A DNA stretch of 64,000 bases, taken from Octopus sinensis. Its lineage: Eukaryota. Position numbers and translations under genes: made by a program. The stretch's first letter is position 1, and the number at the start of each line of letters is the position of its first letter. Where the stretch lies: NCBI RefSeq assembly GCF_006345805.1, contig NC_043009.1, forward strand, positions 18,414,001 to 18,478,000. Reading direction: 5' to 3'. Positions 38,861-49,700 of the stretch are shown piece after piece. The notes beneath the pieces are model-generated. The model saw only the letters and a list, made by a program, of their open reading frames with translations. It had not been told where the DNA came from and did no database searches.

Positions 38861-39796
38861 TTCCCACAGACGACACACACACACACACACACGCACAGCA
38901 TTACAAACACGGCCCGCACACCCACCTTCACATTCCATGATTATAACAGGGATCGATCAGATACCGGACAAGGATTCTGGACTACTTTTCCCGTTTTTTT
39001 ACTTAATTTTTGAGCGGTCGGGTTCATTTTTAGTATTCTCACTTGTGAGAGCAGTCGAGTTTATTTGAGATATTCTCATTTTAAAAATCATCTCCGGCTA
39101 ATCATTGAGAGTGTGTTGGTGTGGCCTTGGCGGAGGTTTGCGCTCTCTGAGTGCTATTGTTATTCTTTTAAATCAGCAGAAGTTATGAAGTGACTTGAAG
39201 CTAAAGAGTGTTGTACATAGCACTTACCAAACTCACTTCGAATTTTGACGTCTACTTTTATATAATTATCTTTGGACGGTTCGAGACAAAAATTAAAATT
39301 AGAGTGTCCCGTAAATAATGTATATGTTTCCAAATGGTCTGCTTGTGATGCAGTTCAGTAAATAATAATAAAAGTAAATAAAGACAAAACAAAAAGGAAA
39401 AAAAACGAAGTATATACACATAAATAGATGAATGTACATATACATACATACATAACATACATACATACATATATACATACATATTAGATAACTAAAAATA
39501 TTTTTTATATTCTTATATTCTTATATCTTTTTTATATATTTTAAAAATGTTTTACTCTTTTGTAATCTTTTACTCTTTTACTCCCCCTTTGTGATCCCTA
39601 ACTTACTAAAGATTCAACCCCCCAACCCCTTCCCTCTCTAGCTCAACATCCAAACTTCCTCCTACATCGAGTCAAAGGCGGGATGGACGCTTCGATTTCG
39701 TGTTGGTGCCCCACTCTGTTGTAGGCGACTATGAGGATTTGCATCCCCAACGTAAAACTTATAATGTAATATATGTCCATGAAGTAGTAATTGTAC

Positions 39797-39884
39797 GCGG
39801 CTGAAGAAGGCCATAGACACACATTTACATCAATTATGCATTGTTATAAAACCGTCTAATAAAGGCCCGAAACATATGTACCGC
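39797..39884 (+). ncRNA. Type I hammerhead ribozyme motif in a solo Penelope-LTR-like segment (about 39490-39920)
   Basis: GCGG-CTGAAGA-A-GGCC-(51 nt)-GGCC-C-GAAA-CATATGT-A-CCGC: helix I of 4 bp, canonical core, palindromic helix III (ACATATGT) and a GUA cleavage triplet. Confidence 0.7.
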
Positions 39885-39921
39885 TAAATCCTTTGAATCA
39901 TGTTTTTATTTTGATTTATAT

Positions 39922-39976
<55 letters not shown>

Positions 39977-40785
39977 ACTATACATACACGTGCAAGCATT
40001 CACGCGGACAGGCATACGCACACACACAAACTAATAAAATTTCTTTTGTCCGTAACATATTTGTATCTGCTATTGATATCGTTCTGTGTTTTTAATGCAC
40101 TCTAAGTCTCTAAGAGATGCTATCTCCAGATGAGTATCACAGTTTAGCAGGCTTTCAACAATGTAACTGCTTTAAAAATTATACACAGGTTGCTATTTTG
40201 AACTAATACTGCTTCTGTCCCCTACCGTTTAAGTGCGACCTCACTGATTTTCCAATCACTATTTTCCTAAATCAGTAGTAACTGATTTTAGCAATGGCAC
40301 CACTGCCGCAGGGCAATTTTGTTTGCATATCTTCCGCGACTTCGCTGTAAGAAGTACAGGGAGTAGGCCCTCTCAGCAGTTTATCCTTTGCACTGAATCC
40401 ATCTTTTTGTTTTTTTGTATAACACCGTTGGATTGCATCGTGGCATTCCAACCATAAATCTAATGCAACTGAAAACGATAGCTACCCACAGGACTAACAT
40501 CGTTTCCTTTTTCGACTTAGTAATCCCAGAATCCAATCAGCCAACCGCGGCGCATTGTTTCCTGCACAACGATGCATTATTTTATCATGCAGTAATAAGC
40601 TCATGGAAAGACACATGTAGATTCCCAGATCCTGCTTTGGTTTTCTCTCCGAGATTATCCACAAATACGCACATACATATATGAGTGTTGTTTGGAATTT
40701 GCAAACGCAGGGGGCACATCGATATTAGTAAATATTTTTAGTTATCTAATATTAGATATTAGGTAAATATGAAAGGCAATTTTAC

Positions 40786-40908
40786 CTATACAATTTCTCC
40801 TGTTTTCACCCAGTGTAAAACCAGTCCTGCACTCACAACTATAACCATGTTCCCGTATTACACACATCTGTTGGCATCCACCATTGTTCCTTTCACAGGC
40901 TGTCATAT
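40786..40908 (-). CDS. Internal exon: EGF-like domain (same gene)
   Basis: Acceptor ctattttcgttgcag| and donor G|gtaaa; 123 nt, phase 1-1. Translates (N)MTACERNNGGCQQMCVIREHGYSCECRTGFTLGENRRNCI, a six-Cys EGF, in frame with the CCP exon. Confidence 0.92.
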
Positions 40909-41055
40909 CTGCAACGAAAATAGTATCATTTAGACAACATCAGTTTGCGTTTAGAAGTCCTGCTTTAAACTGATTTACAGATTTCAATCTCAAGTCAAGG
41001 GAAAACAAAGAAACACAAGCGTGGAAGAGAGTCCGTATGTGTAAGTACGTGTGTG

Positions 41056-41108
<53 letters not shown>

Positions 41109-42176
41109 ACCATGCATGATAATCAAAATATCAAATTTTTTTATCTTTGGACTTTTTTGAGATATAAAATGTATTTTATTGAATTGTAAATATAAGTCTG
41201 TATTCGATCCAAGGTTTGAGATTTAATAAGAAAGCAGGTTACATGAGGTTTATTTTTTTAATTTTTTGCAGCTATGTTAATGCAGTTTCATTTTCGTACG
41301 CACCCAGGGAGAGCATTTATACTAAGTGGCCTAAGTGAATCAAGGATGCAATCTCAACATTGGAAACTGATTATTAATTTTAAGCTCTTCAGATCTGTTT
41401 TAACAACTAGGATGATTGAGTTAGAATGTCTTTGCTATAGATACAATATGATATGTAACGCTGGCCTGTCAGCTGGTGATCTGATATCGATTTGGCTAAC
41501 CGGAGCTCTCAGTAAAAGGAAACGAGAGACAGCAATAGTAGAGATTCGAAACTCAATGACTTGATCTGTTTGTTAGAAGCATTCTTTAATATTTGAAAAC
41601 TCTTAGTAAGAATATCGATTTCTAACTGGCGCAAAGCTATACAGTTAGTGTACTGGGATCTAATCGATTCCACTACACAACTGCAACTGAACTGAAGAGA
41701 TAGAAGGTAAAAATCGTCCCTGTTTGTATTTGAACTAAAAACTGAAATGAATCAACCGCTTCATTGGCAGCGTTGATGATACATTGTTGTTAATGTGTTA
41801 CTACACTATATATTTGTTATGATGCTTCTTGTTTACAATGCTATTTTGTACAGCATCATTAAGGTATTAGTTTCCATTGTATAGTTTTTTGATTAATAAA
41901 TACAGGTTACAACACTGATAGTTATAACATTATTAAAATGAATTTCATTAAAATATTTTCTAATATGTAAATATTTCTTTACTTTGTTCTTATGCTTACG
42001 GCTACTTAATAATTTTTTATTTAGTCATTATTATTAGCGCTTTCGTTCGTCTTCGAACTTATCAAATAAAATAGTGTATATGCAAACAGGTTGTTCATTT
42101 ATATAAATCAGGTGGGTTTTTTTAGAAGAAAACATTGTTTTTATTTTTGTTTTTTTCTGGGGTGAGTTTCCAGGAC

Positions 42177-42685
42177 GCCAAATTTTTTTCCCACTAGTGT
42201 TCCGGACCTCAGCAATGAACTCATTTGCATACAGCCAATCAGAGCTCACCTTGACCTTATGGTCAAGTTATCAAACACACTCTACCAAGTAAACTCAAGA
42301 CGTAGAACGATGCTGTAAGTCGACCGATCACCAAGTTCTGCCTGATTTTAGGAGATAAGTAATTAGATTTGTATCTATATTATCGGATGTTGTTAGGGTC
42401 CGTCCGGGAAAAATGTAGAAAGAGGGTGATGTACTAGCAGCCCTCTCTCCTTACTGTTTACAAAGCAAATAACAGCACAACTACGAAGAGGCAGCCATGG
42501 TTTCGAACAAGAACAAGCATTCTTAAAAGAGAAAAGATGTAAGGTCATTCCTTACCCAAGTGACCTTATCTTTTCGCCCATCACTTGTTATGCGCTCATA
42601 AATTAGCTTCATAGTTAAGCTCTGATTGGTTGTATGCAAATTAATTCATAACTGGGGTCCGGAACTCTTGCGGGAAAAAATTCGC
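42177..42685. mobile_element. 509-bp MITE with imperfect TIRs of about 70 bp and a 9-bp TSD (Mutator-like by TSD length)
   Basis: The TSD TTCCAGGAC lies at 42168-42176 and 42686-42694. Arms 42177-42246 and 42618-42685 are reverse complements. Confidence 0.75.
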
Positions 42686-42756
42686 TTCCAGGACAATGGA
42701 GATAGATAGATAGAGAGACAGATAAACAGATAAACAGATAGATAGACAGACAGGCA

Positions 42757-43150
42757 CAGGAGTGGCTGTGTGGTAAGTAGCTTGCTAACCAACCACATGG
42801 TTCCGGGTTCAGTCCCACTGCATGGCATGTTGGGCAAGTGTCTTCTACTGTAGCCTCGGGCCGACCAAAGCCTTGTGAGTGGATTTGGTAGACGGAAACT
42901 GAAAGAAGCCCGTCGTATATATGTATATATATATATGTGTGTGGGTGTGTATGTTTGCGTATCTGTGTTTGTCCCCCTAGCATTGCTTGACAACCGATGC
43001 TGGTGTGTTTACGACGCCGTCACTTAGCAGTTCGGCAAAAGAGACCGATAGAATAAGTACTGGGCTTACAACGAATAAGTCCTGGGGTCGATTTGCTCGA
43101 CTAAAGGCGTTGCTCCAGCATGGCCGCAGTCAAATGACTGAAACAAGTAA
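42757..43150 (+). mobile_element. SINE family B, full length
   Basis: tRNA-like head ggagtggctgtgtggtaag...gggttcagtcccactgc, internal (TA/TG)n, and 3' ggccgcagtcaaatgactgaaacaagtaaaag. Confidence 0.88.
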
Positions 43151-43594
43151 AAGAGAAAGAGAAAGAGAGACAGATAGAGGGAGGGGAGGAATTTCTTTTC
43201 AATTTGGAATGTTTTACCATTCATTCATTTAATTAGTTTTTACCATTGTATAGCTACTGGCATGAGACATAAGTTCAAGGAAGGTGACCTCTTAGGATGG
43301 GGAATATAATGAAAAAAGGATGGGGTGTGGTCATCACTGAAAGCATTTTTCCCCCTTAAGGTGCCAGAAAGAAGAAGTTCTATGAAAAATTAAATGTGTG
43401 TGTGTGTGTGTGTGTCTGCCTGTGAGTTCATGTGTTTGGAAATATGTCAATGTCTACACGGACTCACAGATGCGCAACGAGGTAAGCCAAGCTACAAAGC
43501 CACGCCTGCGCTTACATACACATACAGACACGCACACACTGTGTGCATGTAGAGATAGATAGAGAGGGAGGGAGATGAAAAAGAGAGTACTTAC

Positions 43595-43912
43595 TCTTGA
43601 TGCATTCCGGGAAAACTGGAGCTCGCCATTTTCGATTCTGGCAGTATAAATGCCGCATGTCCGCGTATCTTAATTTGTAGCCTGTAACACACTGGTAAGT
43701 GGCAAACATTACGTAAGACTTATTCATTACATTATAATAGAATGAGGTCCGAAATCGTGCATTCTCAATCTCTGGCGGATCGATTCGCTCTACATTACAG
43801 CTGTCATCTGACTCCAGCAAACTCGTCATATTATTCTTGCGATACTGCAGCCTTAGACGTTTGGCATTAATCAACTTCTCCATGTAGCTTGAAGGATATT
43901 TGCCTCTGTTTC
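43595..43912 (-). CDS. Internal exon: basic linker plus Sushi/CCP domain of an extracellular CCP-EGF protein
   Basis: Acceptor ttttttttcttgtccattttatcag|G at 43913 and donor A|gtaagt at 43594. The exon is 318 nt, phase 1-1 and open: GNRGKYPSSYMEKLINAKRLRLQYRKNNMTSLLESDDSCNVERIDPPEIENARFRTSFYYNVMNKSYVMFATYQCVTGYKLRYADMRHLYCQNRKWRAPVFPECIK. The four Cys plus W-x5-P-x-C fit the CCP pattern. Confidence 0.9.
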
Positions 43913-45304
43913 CTGATAAAATGGACAAGAAAAAAAAGGAGAAACGTTGCATTATTTATATAATGTTCCCTTCATGTGTGTGTGTTGTACGGTAATATAA
44001 ACATTAATTTACGTTTTTTACCGTTTGTCATCTCAAGCAAATTATTTTCATTAATTAATATTTTTTCGGCTCTTCACAACTGAGACTAAAAAATATTCCG
44101 GCTCTGATCAGTTACAGATCCTCGACGCTAAACATCATGTATATCAATGTCAGTAAGTTTACCTGCTTCTCTAACTTGTTCATTAAAACATATCTCTGCG
44201 TTTTTAGTTTCCAATTCCTTTTTCTAATAATGTTTTGTTACATATCTTTCAAACCACAGATGTATGGAGTAGTAGGAGCCGACAGTGAATTAAGTGGATT
44301 GGTTTGTTTAGAGATTCCTAAATGTGTAGAAGTGGCTTAAAAATAAAATCTAGCACAGCTTTGACTTAAATTATACTTTCTTTCCTTCTCCTTCATCATC
44401 ATCATTCTGTTGTTGTTATTTTGTTTGTTCGTCTATCGACACGTATTGTACACCCCTCCCCTAAGTTTGTTATTATTTTTATTGGTACACAAAGTTACAT
44501 ATTGAACATTTGTATTCTGGTAAGCTAACCAGAATCTTAGTGAGCTGGTTAGCTTTTTCTATCTGTAGTCTGTAGGAGCTAAATTGTGGTTTGTGTAGCA
44601 AACATGCCCCTCAGTTTTTGTTTAAAAAATGAAAGATGGCGGACAAGGAATGTTCGCCTGCCGAAAAGAAAAGCCAAATACCCGCAGAACGAATCGTAAA
44701 AATCAGTGACAGCAGCAGCAGTTACAACAACAGCAACAACAATAACAACACAAATTTCAATAGAGCCATCATCATCACAGAAACAAGAAAAGAGAAAAAG
44801 TATAACAAAAAGCAACAACACTAGCAAGAGCACTGACACCCCCAACATCACCACCAACAGTAGCAACAGCAAATCCACCACCACCAACACCACCAACACA
44901 AACGTTAATACAAAAGGAACAGCGGCCGTTCTTCTTTCTAAACAAAATGGAAACATTTTCGCACAAACGTGTCCTCGACTAAAGAAAGTTAACGTATCGG
45001 AAAAAAAAAGTCAAGTGATGCCAAAGCGCACTTAACAAAGAATGGGAGAACAATATTTCTAAACACGCCAAAGGAAATACTAGAAAGCATTATAAAAAAA
45101 ATATTATCTATCCTTATGTAATTATTGAGGACACTGGAGTGAGTGACGCAGGTCCAGAGTGAAAAATGCTTAAGACCAGTCTGGGAGATAGAAACTTATG
45201 TCGCCCACGTGTAACACTTTGGCACAATTGAGGTGATATTCCCTATTGAAGAAATAGTCAAAGAAACAACAACCCTCAAAAGTGAAGAATTGTGTCTAAT
45301 TTCA

Positions 45305-45460
45305 ACGAGTGGCTGTGTGGTAAGAAGCTTGCTTCCCAACCACATGGTTCCGGGCTCAGTCCAACTGAGTGGCACCTTCAGTAAGTGTCTTCTACTTTAG
45401 CCTCGGGCTGACCAAAGCCTTGTGAGTGGATTTAGTAGACGCAAACTGAAAGAAACCCGT

Positions 45461-45465
<5 letters not shown>
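45305..45465 (+). mobile_element. SINE family B, 5' half
   Basis: gagtggctgtgtggtaagaagcttgc...gaaactgaaagaaacccgtcg followed by (TA)n. Confidence 0.8.
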
Positions 45466-45499
<34 letters not shown>

Positions 45500-45501
<2 letters not shown>

Positions 45502-46560
45502 GAATGGGAATGTTTCTGTAGGAGAAAATGTGGACCCTATTAAATTTGCAGGGACTGTTGGGACCCCGAAATTTAGTTGTAATTACAGAGCCCCAAATTT
45601 ATGTCCCCTTAAGGGATTTTGCTAAAGAAAAAACGTAGTCTATAACTGTATTGTTAGAGGGGAGAATAATTTGGTTAAGGAATATATTGGAAGCACTATT
45701 GATTTTAAAAGGAGATACAGGGCCCACATGAATTCATTTTCAAATACCAAATACTCCAATTCTACCACGTTGGCATCTTATATTCATGATTTAAAGAGGC
45801 GGAATATGAGCTATACTACTGAATGGTTAGTCCTGTCTGAGGTCCCCCACTTTAATGCCTAAGGGAATTGTACTTGATTCTTAAATGTTTTGGTCCAAAA
45901 TTCCTTGATAAAATTTTCTGATGTTATCCCTTTTTGTAACCATAGGTTTTCCTCAACCTTCTTGATTAAATACAAAAATAAAAATAAGGGTAAAATTAAA
46001 ATGAGATTCTTTCAGAGGACCACCTGAGCCGTGATCTCGAATTGAAATTGAGTAGAACCTGTAGCAAATTCTTTGTATTTGAAATGGACAATGGACTAAT
46101 CCTCTCTTGAATCCACTGAATTCTTATTTTAACTTCTTTTTTTTAACTTGTCTGCAAATGAACAATGTAATAACTAGAAATATGAAGTTTTCTCCTGATG
46201 AAAAGGTGTTGCCATTGGATTTCCTGAATGGATTGTACATTAACGATGTGAAGTAGTATCCTCTGAAACGATCGTAGATATGGGCATAAATGGACTCTGT
46301 TATGGTCTCCTTACACTTTATTTTTTATATTTATATTTTTATATTTATACTCTTGTATTTTTTATATATTTATATTATTTCAGCTCCATTGCTTTAAATT
46401 TTAATAGTCTCCTTTATTATGCATGAATTTATTCTATATATTTTTCTTCATTCGACTTCACTCGTATTACCCTTTTAGGTTTTTATTCGTGTACATATGT
46501 ATATGTTGTACTATTGGGTTTTACCATTGGGTACCCTATTGTTTTAATATATATTTATAT
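45500..46560 (+). mobile_element. Penelope-like 3' fragment: GIY-YIG endonuclease plus pLTR
   Basis: CNYRAPNLCPLKGFC*RKNVVYNCIV...EYIGSTIDFKRRYRAHMNSFSNTKYSNSTTLASYIHDLK...WLVL. An AT-rich terminal region follows, with a decayed hammerhead motif. Confidence 0.8.
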
Positions 46561-46724
46561 TCGATTTTTGATAATTTGGGAAGGATATGAAGTTATTTTT
46601 ACCAATTGGAATGTTTATTTATTCTACCTTTCAATTTATTTCTCCTTTCGCCTCGGTGTCACCTGAGCACTTCCAGCTGCAGTTTGACGCAGTTACAAAA
46701 TTATCCTCTTATACTGTATATATA

Positions 46725-46922
46725 AATCTATGTGTGTCTGTGTTTGTCCCCACGTTACCACTTGACAGCCGGGGTGGGTATGTTTACGTCCTCGAAACTC
46801 AGCGATTCGGCAAAAGCAACCGATACAATAAGTACCAGTACTGGGGTCGATTCATTCGACTAAAAATTCAAGGAGGTGCTCCAGGTTGGTCGCAGCTTAA
46901 TGATTGAAACAGGTAAAAAAGT
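46725..46922 (+). mobile_element. SINE family B, 3' half
   Basis: ttgacagccgg.gtggg.atgtttacgtc...ttcggcaaaag...gataccagtactggggtcgatt matches 42985-43150. Confidence 0.7.
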
Positions 46923-46929
46923 TACCCCG

Positions 46930-49340
46930 GTCAGAGAGTGAAAATAAAGGTAGAAAACGTACTACTAGAAGTGGAAGTCTCTTGGCTGGTGGCAGTCGTT
47001 TTATACAGCATAGGCAATAAAACGACAATTCTCCAAGTGCACAAAATGGGAAAGGAAAATTGGTCAGGCACGGGAATGGAATTATTGATACACACCGAAA
47101 GCGCAGTATCGAAGCCATCCATAATCTAATCAACCTCCCTTGGGGTACACAGCCCTTAGTAGTAGATAAGGATAGCATAAGTTCTCCGCTTTTCAAAATT
47201 GTCAGCCACACAGACCACAAATTTCTGATCAACACGTTCGACCTAGACCGGCTTTGTAGGCAGCGACCTGACTACTGGAAACTGAATGCGTCACTCCCGG
47301 TGTGCCAAGCTTACGGAGACCGGATTAGCGGATTAGTTAAGCAGACGTTGAAAGGGTTATTCCTCAACAATAAATGTTGGTTTGCCCTGAAAAGGGGCAA
47401 TTAGAATAGAATCGATTAGTTTTAGTAAAACATCAACGATAGAATAAAGGTAAAGTTAGTTTCAAAATTAGAAGAGGCGCTTAGGACGAGATTGGCTCTG
47501 GACCAATTCTTCAACGCTAAGCAAGAAGGATGCATTGTCAGAACTAGCGCGCGGAGGGAATGAAGGCCACTCGATGGGCCTGAGTGACAGAGTCGTGACG
47601 TGGTACTCGAGCACGAGCCCGAGCCATTTCATCAGCACTTTGCCATACTGTTTGGGATGAATGGTAGTCCTGAACGCAGGATGGACTTCACGGCATTCCA
47701 CGGCTCTGAGCAAGGGAAGCGGAGCGTTGCGAAAGGCCGATAACAGCCGGGGAAATACTGAATGCGATGATAGACTGCACGGTGGTGGGGGAGGTAAATT
47801 GCTTGGTTTAGGTGACCCGCCCTACGAGCTTTACATTTATACGCCAGGCATGTTTGGGGGCTTCATAGCAGATATCTACCGCAACTGACAGTAGAACGAG
47901 AGTATACCTATTCTGTGAATCGAGAAGCGGTGGTACTGTTGAGAAACGATCCAAACAAAGGAAATCAAATTTTTGACCCATATCGCTGCTGAACGCAGAT
48001 TTCAAAATTTCAAAATTTAGCAAAGAGGTTGGCGCTTGTTGTCGAGGAACTCATTGGTAATGTACAAACATGCGCCATCCACGACAACCTCCACCTCATG
48101 CGATACACTATAGACAGGATAGGTAAAGAAGCTGGCCCTGATAAATTTGGATCAATCTAAAGCCTTCAAACCAATACTTGGTGGCTGTTCTCACAGCAGC
48201 CGGTTTCGGTCCCATTTTTCGTGGCTGGATTGCCACAGTGTACAGGGACATCGGCTCAGTAGTTCAAGTGAATAGTTACCTATCGGAACCATTCAACATC
48301 ATGCGATCGATCCGTCGAGTGCCCCCTCTCGTATGTACCTGCATGTACTAGTTCTAGAGACATTACCGTGGGAATTTTAGGTGTTGGGAGGTATCCCGCG
48401 TAAGTAAAGACGTGGAAGGACCGTGTCAGTACATGCGGACGACATCACCGTCATAGTGTCGAACATCAGGCACATAGATCTGATCAGCACTTCTAAAAAA
48501 TACGAGGCGGCGAGGGGACCAAAAATTAACCAAGAAAAGTCAGTGGATTTGCTGCTAGGTACCTCGAGAGGCAGGCGGTCCATACCGTTCAATATCGTCG
48601 TGGGACGCTGGACGGAGGGAGAAGAAATGGGACTAGGTGACGATCAGGGTGGCCAATCTCACCAGGAAATGGGCCGAGAGAGAGTTATCTCTGAAAGGTC
48701 GAGCTGAGGTGGCGAATGCTTACATTGCATCCATCATTTAATACCACCTGACCGTCGTGATTTGCCCTGGTTCACGTCTGACCAAACCGGAGTGCATGCT
48801 CTTCTGCTTTCTGTAGAAGGGATGCATTCCACTGGTCAGGAGCTCCATTTGCTGTCAGCACTCGTTGAATGGAGGACTTGGCATGCTGTGGCTCCTGATG
48901 CGCAGATATGCGCTGAGGCTACATCATCTACAGTGCTTCCTTGACGGTGATCAGGTGTGTTCACCGTTTGTCAAACAGGATTTTCCACAGTTCGACTCTT
49001 TGGCTGAGGTGCAGCCCTAGATCAAGCGTAGACCAAGGTAGGACGCCTGGCACCTAGAGTATCGTCAGTCACCCACAGTCCTCTGTCAGTCGGGCAATGC
49101 GGTCGGCAGATTTTCGAATATGGCATTCAGTAGAAGTTTCTCAGGTGACTGGGCGTCGACGTCAATCAATTGGCTAGTTTGTTCCGGAGGAACAGAAAGC
49201 CATGGCCCGACAGTGCCATCGGGGTACATTACCAGTTCGGGATAAACTCTACTGGCATGGAAGTGCCGCCAGCCAAGCTTGCCCAAGATGCATGCAGAGC
49301 GATGAAACTGTTCTGCGTGCTCTCGTCCGGTGCCCGTGCA
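46930..49340 (+). mobile_element. Decayed Tx1/L1-clade LINE ORF2 (APE end + RT)
   Basis: PDYWKLNASL; LHLMRYTID; NLDQSKAF; HADDITVIV...KINQEKS; GRAEVANAYIASII. Confidence 0.8.
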
Positions 49341-49419
49341 TTATTGACTTTTATGTAGTTTTTCTGTAATAAAACAAGTGTTGGGTGGTGATTCAAAAGA
49401 GACAGTACCAACAACAAAT

Positions 49420-49700
49420 TCGTGAAGTACTTTCAACTATGATGAAATTAAATTGGGAATAATAGTCATACTATAGGATGATATGTTTAAAAGTTTTCAA
49501 ATGACCAATGCTTTTTTGCAATCTTCTGACCAAAATTTGAACGCGGCTCATGCCCATTATGGACTCTTTAATGGATATATTCAAAGTATACGAGTAACTT
49601 TTTCATACATTGACAAAAGAGACAGGTATCTAACTGAACGAGATTACCAACAACTAAAATGGTGACTATAATTAATTCATTAGTTTCACCATTTATGGCA
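49420..49700 (+). mobile_element. Possible hAT transposase remnant
   Basis: FKSFQMTNAFLQSSDQNLNAAHAHYGLFNGYIQSIR resembles the hAT segment ..SK.LQS...DL..A.... Confidence 0.35.

Noticed and set aside
44636-45035. Thr/Ser/Asn-rich plus-strand ORFs (109 aa) with a repeated AEKKSQ motif
   Set aside because: They are driven by (CAA/CAC)n low complexity. They may be a LINE ORF1 start, but there is no diagnostic motif.
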